A stretch of DNA of 64,000 nt from Octopus sinensis (taxonomy: Eukaryota): the NCBI RefSeq assembly GCF_006345805.1, contig NC_043007.1:9238001-9302000 (forward strand). The letters are read 5' to 3'. How positions within the stretch are numbered: position 1 is the first letter of the stretch; each line of letters begins with the position of its first letter. A program made the translations under genes and the position numbers. Below, one piece after another: positions 1 to 12,033 of the stretch. Under the pieces are notes generated by a model, which was not told where the DNA came from, did no database searches, and was given only the letters and a program-made list of their open reading frames with translations.

Positions 1-595
1 TTGTCTCATTATGGTTTACCTTATTAATGTAATGTTACCAAATACAATGTAGTCGATAGTAATATTTTCTTTGACAAATATTTTAGCAATAAAATGGTTT
101 GTTATAATGACATTCATATAATATTGCCCAGCTTAATATGAATTCAGATTTGTCTTCGTTTCCCAGTTTTACCAATAGTAATAATATCTGTAGATTGTAC
201 AAATATATGAGAAAAAATTATTATAATAAATCAATACATTTTACATTTTGTCAAAGAAATAATTTAAAGATATAACATCAGTATTGAATATAAATAGAAG
301 TAATATTGAATAGAAAATAATGGTATGTGTCGAGCAGGAAATGTTGGGAAAGAGGGGGACATTTTTGGTATGAAAACTTAGCATGGTTTGGGTGGGGTTT
401 ATTAGAGTTTGTTGATGTATTTTTGGTGCATTCAGATATGGATATCAGTTTGATGTAATAATAATGATTTAATTACATTCATATGAAAGTCCATATGAAA
501 AGGAATAGGATGTGCATACGTCCTGTACGCAGGTATATCACAGATATTTAATTTATATTTACGTAATTGTACGCATATATATACATGTATATATA

Positions 596-805
596 TTGTT
601 GGCATCCTTTTTGTCTCGGGAGACAATGGAGTTGCGCATAAAGTAGTCTAATCCGGCTTTTACATTTCATGTCCTGATACATTTCCTGCTGTGGCTGTGT
701 AGTCCTATCCTGGACAAACACTCCCTCTGGCAGGTACCGCAAATGTAGCGAAGACTGTTCATGGCTGGTTGTAATGCCATAGTTTCTTGTTGACGTCTCT
801 TCTTT
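596..805 (-). mobile_element. RTE-clade LINE, 3' terminal fragment
   Basis: A minus frame not in the ORF track reads ALQPAMNSLRYICGTCQRECLSRIGLHSHSRKC, the RTE C-terminal C2H2-like motif (C-x2-C...RIGL.SH). It is followed by an RTE-type tail, CCATTGTCTCCCGAGAC..GGATGCCAAC. Confidence 0.75.
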
Positions 806-938
806 TCTTTCCATTTCTCCACTCTCTCTCTGTCACTCCTTTGTATTCCCTCTTTTACGGTACGTCGCCATTCTCCACGGTTGCCGGCAATTGCCTCCTA
901 ACCGCTAGTGTATATATATATGTATTATACCTATATAT

Positions 939-1197
939 GTGGAGGCGCGGAGCTTAGTGGTTAGGGTGTCAGCATCATGATCGTAAGATTGTGGTTTCGA
1001 TTCCTGGACAGGGCGACCCGTTGTGTTCTTGAGCAAAACACTTCATTTCATATTGCTCCAGTCCACTCAGCTGGCAAAAATGAGTAACGCTGCGATGGAC
1101 TGGCGTCCCGTCCAGCTGGGGAATACAAATGCCATAGAAACCGGGAAACCGGGCCCATGAGCCTGGCTAAGCTTTAAAAAACGCGCATTTATTTATT
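939..1197 (+). mobile_element. tRNA-derived SINE, head A + tail 1, full length
   Basis: A-box (AGCTTAGTGG), B-box (GTTTCGATTCC), central TTCTTGAGCAAAACACTT domain and (ATTT)n tail. 16-bp TSD TATTATACCTATATAT at 923-938 and 1198-1213. Confidence 0.9.
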
Positions 1198-1206
1198 TAT
1201 TATACC

Positions 1207-1272
<66 letters not shown>

Positions 1273-1286
1273 AGAGAGAGAGAGAG

Positions 1287-1320
<34 letters not shown>

Positions 1321-1466
1321 AGAGAGAAACATATATATATATATATATATGTATATAGATATATATATATATCCAGATTTTCCAAGGCCAATAAAGAAAG
1401 TTACGATGTTTCGTATCAGAATACCTCCACTTTAATCATGCAATCGAAGGCAGGATTAACGTAATG

Positions 1467-1511
1467 GCTGAATATCCATATTTCAAGAGTTATTGCTCTT
1501 TCATCAGCATC
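1467..1511 (-). ncRNA. Minimal type-I hammerhead ribozyme motif
   Basis: gatg-CTGATGA-AAGAG caataa CTCTT-GAAA-ta tgga t-ATT-cagc. Perfect core, 5-bp stem II, 3-bp stem III, stem I with one mismatch. Confidence 0.65.
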
Positions 1512-1599
1512 GCATTAAACCCATTAACCACCCACGAACACATTGTTTCAATAGCCACTAAATTTAGTGGTACAACGCCATTGGGTATACCAATTTACA

Positions 1600-2000
1600 T
1601 ATTAAACACATTCCTGGTAACTGACTGTGTTTCGTTTTGCAACTACAATATACTGCCAAGTATTGATGTAATGTTTATCACCACAACGATATGGCTTTTC
1701 CGCAGAAATCGACTCTACCACCATTTTTAACCCTGGGAGGAGCATTCTCTTGTTGATTATAGAGGCAATCTGCACTCGATATGTACTGCAAGCAGTGGGG
1801 CAAACCTCTATCACCTTCCATCAGACGATGGGATCACCAGACAGTACGGTTTCGGGCTATTTGTGCCCATTGGCACTGGAGAACATAGGTACTCTTGAAA
1901 TAGCAGTAATTCACTCCAGCTAGCAATATATAGAAAACTAAGTGACAATCAGTCGCTGATCTTCGTACAAGCGAAGTAGCTAGGTAGACAATCTTGTTGG
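1600..2000 (+). pseudogene. Decayed Penelope-like GIY-YIG endonuclease region
   Basis: Frameshifted remnants FSC...IIEAICTR..CKQ..GQTSITFHQTMG...EIAVI...RKLSDNQSLIF resemble the C-terminal GIY-YIG seen at 53106-53560. Confidence 0.45.
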
Positions 2001-2424
2001 CGCTATGTATATACAAGCTACATAGTTGGAGGTACTTTGAAATTTGAAACTTAAAACTATATTCCAACCCGAAAGCATACCAAAGATCTCTAACATATCA
2101 AATATTTGCATGAACGATCTCTTGAAATTTAAAAATCCCATCAAACCTTGTGACTCTGAAAATGGTATCTCGATTAACTTTTTGGTTAGTATTTAAGGCT
2201 CCCCACTTAGGAGGGACTGAAATGATTAACTTTTTTTTTCAATGAAATGTCCCAGTTGTTTCAGCTTTGGCATGGTATTTACTTTTCTAATGATGTTTAC
2301 TCCCCAAAAACTAATGTAGGATGCAAACTTGTTTTTTTTTTCTGATATTCTGGGAAGGAAAACTTTTAAATTTCTCGGTAATTGCAGAAGAAGCTGGTTT
2401 GTGCATTACCATTGTCAGAGGTGT

Positions 2425-2915
2425 CAGGTTTCCCGGTTTCCTTGGCGTATAGGTTCCCCATCTGGACGGGACGCCGGTCCGTCGCAGGTGAAGTGCAAGA
2501 TGTAGGTGTAAAGTGTGAGAAAAAGTTTTGGCGAAGAGACAGAAGTTCGCCATTACCTTCTGCCGGAGCCGCGTGGAGCTTAGGTTTTTCGCTCATAAAC
2601 ACATACATCGCCCAGTCTGAGATTCGAACCCGCGATCCCTCGACCACGAATCCACTGCTCTAACCTATTTCTTTACTACCCACATGGGGCTAAACACAGA
2701 AGGGACAAAAAAGGACAGACAAACGGCTTAAGTCGATTACATCGACCCCAGTGCGTAACTGGTACTTAATTTATCGATCCCGAAAGGATCAAAGGCAAAG
2801 TCGACCTCGACGGAATTTGAACTCAGAACGTAACGGTAGACGAAATACGGCTACGCATTTCGCCCGGCGTGCTATCGATTCTACCAGCTCGCCGCCTTCC
2901 ACTGCTCTAACCACA
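2425..2915 (-). mobile_element. SINE head D + tail 1, interrupted by a SINE B
   Basis: Minus strand has GGGTTCGAATCTC B-box, GAGCGAAAAACCTAAGCTCCACGCGGCTCCGGCAG body and GGACCGGCGTCCCGTCCAG...AAACCGGGAAACC tail. Confidence 0.75.
2666..2897 (-). mobile_element. SINE family B (long variant), nested insertion
   Basis: Head GGCGGCGAGCTGG..., B-box GAGTTCAAATTCC. 15-bp TSD TCCACTGCTCTAACC at 2651-2665 and 2898-2912. Confidence 0.9.
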
Positions 2916-3904
2916 CATAAAAAATAATTGTTAATAATTAAAGCTGGAGGGTTTTGAACACTTGATTTCAACACTTGAACAATGATTAGACAGAAGTAAC
3001 CAAATCAAACATAGCTTTCCGTGTGACATTCAGGAATAAGAATGAAAGACAGAAAAAATATCCTGTGAAGGAAATGACTTAATAATGATAAATGCGCGTA
3101 ATTTTCATGGAGGAATATTACAAACATGGGCAAGCAAAGAAAGAAAAACGTAAAAAAGTGAAAACACATGATCTCTGGAAAACGTTTTCACGATATAACT
3201 GGGTACATTAGCAAAAACGATAATAAATACGTTATATATGAATTTTTGTGGGAATTCAGCAAATATTTTGGACAGATTATGCATTGTCCAGATACGAAAT
3301 GAGAATATTTTAGCTCATTCATCAAATAACATTCGTTGCAAATTATTTTGGAATTAGGCAGTACCTGCGCAACGTATATCATTCCATAATTTTTGCATCT
3401 GATAGTTTTTAAAATACACATTTATCAATATTGCGCCATAGGTCATAGATGCTGACCTGTATGAACAAATTGATATCGTGGTATATGGGTAACGCAAGCA
3501 CACAAACACACATACTCACACATTTATACATACATACATACATAAATATATATATATATAATGTGGAGTATATTTGGGCGTTTTAGTGTCTTGGTTTGTG
3601 TAAGTGCTTGAATGCGTTGAATGCATAAATAAATGCATTTTTCTCTCTAGGTTCGGTTAGACTAATGCAGATTTTTATATCCTCCGAAAACATGAATAAA
3701 TTATAGCATAAATGCAATTGAAATAACACAAAAGAAGCAGTAAATGCAGCTGCACTGGCATAGGTGCATGCTTAAGCATGGCAGCAAAATGTGCAACTGG
3801 GTAATTTTGATGCACCGTTTATATTATTCACTGAATCCCATTTACATTTTGGTGACAATTATTTAGATGTTACTATTCGAAATTGGAACTACCACTTGGA
3901 TTGG

Positions 3905-3937
<33 letters not shown>

Positions 3938-3948
3938 TAATATATATA

Positions 3949-4002
<54 letters not shown>

Positions 4003-4139
4003 TCGTATAAAACATCCCGATTGTCAACTTAAGCGCATTGGCATTGTATATATATGCTCCAATCCTTTAGTAATTATATATCTGTGGATGTATATGCTCA
4101 CATATGTGAAAACAGGAGGGATTTTGTAAAAAAAAAAAA

Positions 4140-5640
4140 CATTTTGTAAAAGACATTTCAGTGCCGGTTCCAGTCATTGAGACTTTTTCAACTCTAAGTA
4201 TGGAAAAAATTCAATTTTTGGAAAAATCAAAATGAAAAGAATTTTTAGAAGAATATTTGCATAATATTGAAATACAAGGGGCAGTTTCCTTGTTTCTGCC
4301 TGTCTCTGTCTCTCTTGTTTACTATTGTGGGTTTGAGGTCGTTGGGAATTCTTGGCAGAGAAGAAGAAGAAGAAGAAGAAGAAGAAGAAGAAGAAGAAGA
4401 AGAAGAAGAAGAAGAAGAAGAAGAAGAAGAAGAAGAAGAAGAAGAAGAAGAAGAAGAAGAAGAAGAAGGGTGTGGCGGGGCAGGAGAAGAATGCGGGAGT
4501 GCCATGATCGTAGTAGGATGTTAAAGGGTCCAGTGCCCTGAAAATGGCTTGTTGTGAAAGGTAGTAGTGATTGAATTCGTGAGACATCTCTTTTAAATTT
4601 ATTTTTTATAATATTTGCATGGGTGTTATTCTAAATAGCAAGAGTAGTAAAGTAAGGAAGGAGGTGGCGGAGAAGGAAAAGACGAACAAGTAGGAGAAAG
4701 AGAAGGGAGAATAATAAGGGAATGCGAGTGGTATGGTAGTAGTAGGATGTTAAATGGTCGAGACCTAAAAGTGGTTCTTTGTGCATTATAGCAGTGATTG
4801 AGACTGTTTTCTAATTAATTCTTGGGTATCTCTTGTATGTATCAATTTAAATATTTGCGTTTGTGTTATTCTAAGATCGTTTGTAGTAGATGTGTTGAAA
4901 AGTGGTCTATATGTTGTAATAAAGAGAGTTTCTTTACTAATTCGTTGGCTACACGTTGTATCGTCCCTGAATTGGTAGAGGGGGAAAATTCTGAAGCTTG
5001 AATTTTTGTTATTGGTGCAAATGTCGATGTGTTGGCTGAATGCTATATTTTTGTTTTTCGGAATTTTGATCTGGGATCTGTGCAGAGCCATCCTTTGACG
5101 TAGACTGTTTTTTATTTGGCCTATATATTGCTCTCGACACCCAGAGCAGGTAACGCGTATAGCTGGTTCTCCAAGACTCATGTGAAGCTGCTTTTCACTG
5201 TGAAACGTATTCTGTTTGAAGGAGAATTCTGATTCCTCAATTAAATTGACGTATACCCACAGTTGGGTCTTCCGCATTTTTTTACTGATGGCGTCTGTGT
5301 TTTTGTAGAGCGTATTCGGGCTTCTTTTAGGAAACTTTTCATAGATTTAGGTTGTCTCTTGCTTTTTATCATGGTGTGTGCATGGAGGATTAAGTTCATT
5401 CTGTAGTCCTTTTTTAGCAGCGGAATGTTTTGAAGGATACTGTCGAAAACTTCGTTGTATAAACTGTCGTGTGTGGAGATGTAAGACCTTTTGATTGTAA
5501 ACCCTTTAAGTTATGATATCTGACCTCGTAGATGTTGAGTTGTAGGGCTAAGTATAGTATTTTCTTCTGCAGTGATTCAATCATATTTCTTTTGTAAAAT
5601 GTTTTAAATTCATCATATTTTTTTAAGAAGTATATCAGGT
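4140..5640 (-). mobile_element. Penelope-like element, 5'-truncated: linker + GIY-YIG + 3' UTR
   Basis: Across frameshifts reads MIKSKRQPKSMKSFLKEARI...KKCGRPNCG...FTVKSSFT*...TCSGCREQYIGQIKNSLRQRMALHRSQI...FSQHIDIC...RISKETLFITTYRPLFN (ORF 4786-5277 in part). The pyrimidine-rich 3' region holds a diverged ~230-bp duplication. Confidence 0.85.
4360..4468 (+). repeat. Perfect (GAA)n microsatellite
   Basis: Uninterrupted GAA array of about 36 units; source of the poly-F/S/R/E ORFs. Confidence 0.98.
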
Positions 5641-5654
5641 TATATTTGTAGATA

Positions 5655-5960
5655 CGGCTGTCTGGTAAGAAATTTAGTTCCGGGTTCAGTCACACTTCGT
5701 GGCGTCTTGGACAACTGCATTTTACTACAGCCATGGGTGGACTAAAGCCTTTTTAGGGGATTTGAATGGCGAAACTGAGATAAACACGTCGTGTTATATA
5801 TATATATATATATACCTGTATATATATGTGTGTGTGACTTTGTTTCTCAGTTTATCCCACGTCACTGCTTAACACCCGGTGGTGTTCTCACGTCTCCATA
5901 ACCTATCGGTTTGGCAACACAGCCCAATAGAATAAATACTAGGCTTTACAAAAAAACCTC
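5655..5960 (+). mobile_element. Degenerate SINE family C
   Basis: GGCTGTCTGGTAAG..CCGGGTTCAGTC head, internal TA/GT tract and 3' part CCTATCGGTTTGGCAA..ATAGAATAAATACTAGGCTT. Confidence 0.65.
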
Positions 5961-6029
5961 ACAAAAAATTAAGAATTACTGGGGCGGGCTCGCACGACGG
6001 AAATTCTATAAGGCGTTGTCCCACCAGTT

Positions 6030-6960
6030 TTATATGTCTGCGTTAATTCGTACCAAAATTTCTAGAATTAATCGCTCTTTAACATTTGGAAAATATATCT
6101 CACACTATATATCCACCATGGCGTTATTGCACAAATTTAACTACATTTTCTTTACCAAATTATGACTGCAAGAATTAAAAGATAAAATATGAAAGACTAG
6201 CAATATCGCCCGGCGTTGCTCGGGTTTGTAAGGGAAATAACTATAAAGCATTTTTAGAGAGTTATAGCAAAACAATAGCAAAAAAATGCATTAAAAATGG
6301 AAAAAAAATGATGGTAATTTTTTTTTAAATCGTTGACTCATCGTAGACATTTTTAGAGAGTTACTCCCCTAATATAATAGTGAAAAAATGCATTAAAATG
6401 GAAAAAATGATGGTAAATTATTTTAAAAATCGTAGACTCATCGTAGACGCGCGCTAATACCCAGAAGGGCTCGATATGAATCACGACTATAAGATACCCG
6501 GTTTTAGTTAAACTGCACCGCAAAATGTGGGAGTAGTTAGGAATCTAAATCGTAGGAGACAGACACACAACTTCACTTTTATATATAAAGATATAACTCT
6601 TGCGCTATGGAAATCAAGATTCGCTTGCTTTAGACATTTCTTTTTGTCTACATCACTGCTACATATTGACTAAGCTTCCTTTCTTTCATTTGTATTATTA
6701 TTCGTGAACCGGTGAAGCTTTATCTGACATTGTATTTTTTTTCCAAGAGGATCCTCTGCCGCATCCATTATTGTTTGTTTCAACTTATTTATTCCAAATC
6801 ATCTTTGGAAAATTGAACTTACATATATCTGCGTTAATACATACCAAATTTTCTATAACTAACCGCGATTTGATATTTGGAAAATAGTTCTTGTACTATA
6901 TATTCACCTTCATTTCATCGTCGACTGCACAAATTTACCTACATTATCAACAAGCGTAAA
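6030..6960 (+). repeat. Diverged ~140-bp direct repeat pair (6030-6170, 6825-6960)
   Basis: Both read T.TGCGTTAAT...TACCAAA.TT.CTA.AA.TAA.CGC..TT..ATTTGGAAAATA...TGCACAAATTTA.CTACATT. Confidence 0.65.
6197..6591 (-). mobile_element. Non-autonomous Helitron, complete
   Basis: Minus strand begins TC (TCTTTATATATAAAAGTG) and ends CCCGAGCAACGCCGGGCGATATTG-CTAG (hairpin + CTAG). Inserted between A and T with no TSD. Confidence 0.85.
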
Positions 6961-7364
6961 TAAATAATTAGCAAACATATCTTATAGCTTATATAATTAA
7001 TTTGAAGTCATTGCAATCTATAATATATTCAATTTATTGTGTGCATTTCACTGAAAATATACTTTAGGCATGTAATGCGTTATGCATATAACATTTTCAC
7101 TAGGAAAATGAACCAAATTCCTCCATGCTCTTCCTTGCAAAAGAAAATATATATATATATATATATGTAGGTACGTATGTATGTACGGATATATATGTAT
7201 GTATCCATCCATCTATTTCTCTCTCTATTTATCTATCTATTAATCTATCTATCTCTATCTTAGCGTGTGTATGTACTTGTGTCTGTGTGTCTTAATTTGT
7301 GCTGGATGAATGAGAGATGTCTCAATAAACATGCTAGATTATATGATTATTTTTTGAAACGGAA

Positions 7365-7405
7365 TGCTCGACTCACTTTCACTCCTTCGAGATCATCAGG
7401 TGAGA
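7365..7405 (-). ncRNA. Degenerate hammerhead-like motif
   Basis: CTGATGA-t CTC gaag GAG t-GAAA-gtga-GTC. Core intact; stems I and III imperfect. Confidence 0.4.
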
Positions 7406-7761
7406 ACTGTCACAGCTTAGTACAGGAGTGGAGTGTTAATATTCAGTATTCGTGATTTCTAGCACCTACGTTAGTTCATTTGTTCACTGTGGTGCTCACT
7501 AGAAGTTTGAAGAATGACTTTCATAAAGCAAACTTTGAAAATAAATACGTAAGCGCCTTTCATTTTCAAATATATTACAATCATAAAACACATGCAATTT
7601 TCCTCAAGTTTAAAATGTGACATGATATTCTATCTTCCTTCTTCTTACCTAAACTGGAGTGTTGTATCTTTGTTAGAAACCACCTCTTTCCTCAAAGGAA
7701 GAATAAAAACATAATCAAAAAGGGGAACATACATCCATACTTACATACATACACAGATATG

Positions 7762-7793
<32 letters not shown>

Positions 7794-8769
7794 ATATTCT
7801 TAACTCCTTTGTGCATATATCTTTGCACAAGCCATGGAAACATCGTGTGACATGTATTATTATCAGTGTTTATGTATATTTATATAAATCTCTGTTCTGC
7901 TGCCTAGTTCCTTTTCCGATCTGTTGGTATATATATATATATATTATATATATATATATATATTATATATATATATATATATAGATATATATATATATAT
8001 ACATATATATATATGATATATATACAGATATATCTATGTATATATATATATATATATGGTGGGGGTATTATAATCATGCTTATGCTAAAATAATAGCTAT
8101 ATTGTAAGAGGGAAATATGAACGTGTCAAAATATACTTAGGTTTATGCAATGCATTAAAAATATCATAAAAATAGTTAGGCGTAGTTTTAGTTTATATCG
8201 CTATCAGAAGTGGAAACAACAACAACACACACACACACAACACACACACACACACATACATACACACACACACTTACACAAATACATACACACACACACG
8301 CATATAATTTTAATGATAAATTGCTAAACTACATCGAAAACAAGGAAACCCTAGAGAAGAGATAGCAACTGAGCAAGCTCGTGAATTATATCAAATGTAG
8401 AAACTGTTGCGGCAAATCACACACGCATAACCGCATACTTATATTTATATAAAAACCAAACACATATATATACACACACACAATTTTTGCTATGTATAGT
8501 TTTTTTATTTTTTAAGTTTTTTTTATATTTTTGAATTTCTTTTAGCAAAATGATATTGTATTTGAATGTAATTAGAAAATTTTGTTTGTTGTTTATTTTT
8601 TTTTATTTTCATTTATTGATTTTTTATTAACATTTTCATTTTACAAGATATTTCAGTAAATGTTTGAATTTTAGTAAAGAAATTCAGCTCACATACACAC
8701 ACCCACACACACACAAACACATCCGTATATATATGTACAGACACAGACACGCACATCTATATATCTACA

Positions 8770-8808
<39 letters not shown>

Positions 8809-8888
8809 TTGTGTACGTGCGTTCAGTGTGTGTTTGTGTGTACGAGTATGCATACACAAACATAAATGCATTTATACATAAGCACACA

Positions 8889-8950
<62 letters not shown>

Positions 8951-9299
8951 GTAAACGTATATTAAAATTAAAAAAGTGAAATTTGAAAAAATATAAAAAA
9001 TAAGAGAAGGGAAGATATAAATTTGATATAATTTAAAAACAAAGCAAATATTTATATTTCTTTATGCTTTGTAACGAAATAGATTGCTTGAAATGTATAG
9101 AAATTGTTCAATGTAGTGTACTGAATAGAAATTAAATGAAGAAATGCTATTTAATAACAAAATAAAGCAAACACACACCAACATAAAAATTATAAGACAA
9201 AAACCAACAATGATTTTTTTAAAAATGTGTTGCAAATATAACCATAATACCACAAAAACAGTTTTCTGCAAAAATGTCAAGAACGACAACAGGCCTTGC

Positions 9300-9650
9300 T
9301 AGGTGATAAGTTTACTTGACAATTACAAAGATCTGGGTTCAATTCTACTATGAGCTACCTTATGTTTTTAGACTTATACTATAGCCACGCGCCGGCCAAA
9401 ACCATGTGAGTGGTTTCGGTAGGCGTAAACTGAAAGAAGCTCGACATGTATATATATATATATATATATAATATATATATATATAATATATATATATATA
9501 TATTATATATATATATATATATACGGCGTGTATATGTGTGAGTGTTTGTGTGTATGTGTTTGTGTGTGTGTGTATGCCACATCACTGCTTGTCAATCGTT
9601 GTTGGTGTGTTTACGTCCCCGCAAATCAGCAAAAGAGTCCGATACGATAA
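9300..9650 (+). mobile_element. Degenerate SINE family C
   Basis: CTGGGTTCAATTC B-box, AAACTGAAAGAAG, internal (TA)n/(GT)n, GTTGGTGTGTTTACGTCCCCG. Confidence 0.7.
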
Positions 9651-9654
9651 GTTT

Positions 9655-9870
9655 CCAGTTCCCTTATGATACGTTCTACCTTCAATTTCTGTCATCCATT
9701 CTCTTCTCATAGTAGCAATAGCTTGATCAACTGCGCTCAGTTTGTATCTTTACTGAACCATTGCCAAGCGAGAGGCCTTCCCATAAAGGTTCAGCTTTAT
9801 TTTGCTGTTGTAGTTGTTGCTGCTGATGCTGTTTTTCTTGCTACGGTTCCTATTCACTTCATTGTTTCTA
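9655..9870 (-). mobile_element. R4/Dong-clade LINE N-terminal fragment
   Basis: Reverse complement matches 11168-11228 joined to 12077-12235 (GGGAAGGCCTCTCGCT.GGCA.TGGTTCAGTAAA...GTTGATCAAGC). Confidence 0.65.
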
Positions 9871-9964
9871 CGATTTCTACACGATGGTTCTCCAGCTGGC
9901 CGCAGACTAAAGACTGAAGGAAGTAAAAATGGGACATACTCCTACATCAATTGGTTGTTGTAGC

Positions 9965-10029
<65 letters not shown>

Positions 10030-10031
10030 CG

Positions 10032-10067
<36 letters not shown>

Positions 10068-10426
10068 ATATTACTACAACAAATTATGCTGTTAAGGATA
10101 ATAATAATAATATCTCTAATTTTGGCATAAAACCAGCATGTTTTAGAGGTAGGAGCAACTCGGCAACTTCGACCCCAGTATTTTACTGGAATTAATTTTC
10201 AGAATTCCAAGCGAATGAAAAGCAAATTTGACCTCGCCAAGCTTTCACAGCAATATGTAAAATTCTGTCTAACGATTCCGATTGTGCTAACGATTCCGAT
10301 ATCACATTGCGATGCAATTAAGAATATTAATAAGTTTATTTCTAATGCAGGCAAAAGACTACAGAATTTGTAATGATGCAATACTCGATTAGATGCTTTC
10401 GTCTAGGAAATTACGAATGATTTATA

Positions 10427-10860
10427 TTTGGTTGTCCGGAAAGTTCTTGCCGATTTATAGTAGCTTACCTTTCGACTTATTTTAGAACATGGTTGAGTCC
10501 ATTAAAATAAGATTTGACTACACATCCATTTAGAGCACAGTTCAAGCTATCTTTTAGTGGAAGAAGATTTATGTTCCTATAACCTGTGTTAATTCTTTAA
10601 CCCTTTAAAATGGAAGATAAGAAAGTTCATTTTCGTCACTTGATCCTTTGGGAACCAGACAAAAATTGCTGCAACTCGGCTGGGATGTGTTACCCCACCG
10701 TCCATATTCACCAGATATTGCTCCTTCGGATTTCCACTTATTCAGGTCTCTGCAGAATAGTCTTAATGGTAAAAAATTCAATTCCTTGGATGACGTAAAA
10801 AGATACCTTGATGAATTCTTTGCCATGAAACCACCTCAGTTCTGGGAAGAGGGTATTTAT
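10427..10860 (+). mobile_element. Mariner internal-deletion derivative
   Basis: TA + TIR-like TTTGGTTGTCCGGAAAGTTC. N-terminus MEDKKVHFRHLILW is fused to C-terminus RQKLLQLGWDVLPHRPYSPDIAPSDFHLFRSLQNSL...FWEEGI (YSPDLAPSD motif). Confidence 0.9.
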
Positions 10861-10950
10861 CCCTTCACCATTATATCACTTCACCGATTCAACCATAAGA
10901 AATATTTTCTATCAAAGTACCAAAATGAGATGAAACTGTACTTCAAAGGG
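10861..10950. mobile_element. Possible piggyBac-like MITE
   Basis: CCCTT...AAGGG termini; TTAA on the right and TTAT on the left. Confidence 0.35.
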
Positions 10951-11226
10951 TTAACTTGCCATATTTTGTGCATAAAAATAAGTTAAGGGTACGTGAGTCT
11001 GTGAAGGGTACTTAGCTGTGGTACTTAGCTATGAATGGTACTTAGCTATGAATGCCTGCGATCTGAGAGGACATACAAGTTAAGTACTGTTACAATATTA
11101 TTGCTACTCATAAACTAATTTATGAGAAGCTTAGAGGCTATATTACAAAAAATTACAATAACAACAAATCAATGAAATCAATAGGAACAGTAGCAAGAAA
11201 AACAACAGCAACATCAACTACAACAG

Positions 11227-11261
<35 letters not shown>

Positions 11262-11311
11262 TAATAATAATAATAATAATATAATAATATAATAATAATA
11301 ATAATAATAAT

Positions 11312-11850
11312 AGGCAGTGGCTCTCATGGCTTCTGATCTTAACTGATTGGAAGTGTTATCATGTATATTGTTTTGTCTTGGTATAAAAGATGGGCTACAG
11401 CAAATATTCTGCTCAATACCACAGATTTGCTTGTCAGTTGTTTGACCTTAACCAGTTGAGCATGTCCCTTAGTGGCTGACGATATGTGCATCTCTGATCA
11501 CGAGCAGAAGTAGTGGGGGAGCATCATAGCCATGTGTTGAGAGGGATTCTTTGGGGTTTGAATAATTCACCTCTGGAAACATGGGTGGTTCTTTCAACAT
11601 CCTTAAACAATCCTTATTCAGGGACCTTTTGAGCAGGATGGGCTACTCAACCTGAAGAAAATTCTAACTGGGCCCCACCTGCAAGGTCATGTGCTGTTTA
11701 TCTTGATATGAGATCACCATGTCGCGCACATATGGTTGTGATGCATGTGCCTGGTGTACCTTTATCAGATGGGTAGTCATGATGGGTATATTGGGCTTCG
11801 TATATTTTACCCCAGTGTCACTTTGATGGCATGAACTGCTCTCTCACTCA
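11312..11850 (+). mobile_element. ~540-bp non-coding element between (TAA)n arrays, probably R4/Dong-associated
   Basis: Bounded by TAA arrays 11234-11311 and 11851-11895 and lies directly upstream of R4-type ORF remnants. A deleted homologue sits at 22060-22130. Confidence 0.55.
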
Positions 11851-12033
11851 ATAATAATAATAATAACAATGATGATGTTGATAATAATAATGATAATTGA
11901 AAATGCAGCAAACAACTCCCCCCACCAGCACAAAGGTGCAAGAAATAACGTAATAGAAAGTTGCTTGAAACTATCGGATGTCGAAAAATACTAGTGGTGA
12001 TGACTTAGGTGATGAACGTGAGTTTACCTCAGT

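Noticed and set aside
941-1012. tRNA-like A/B-box sequences at SINE heads (also 22263, 38041, 57434)
   Set aside because: They are followed by SINE bodies and TSDs, have no full cloverleaf, and are not tRNA genes.
4145-4190. Hammerhead-like GAAAtGTC at the end of the 4.1-5.6-kb PLE
   Set aside because: The position fits, but the 5' core (CTCAATGA) and stem II are too degraded to call.
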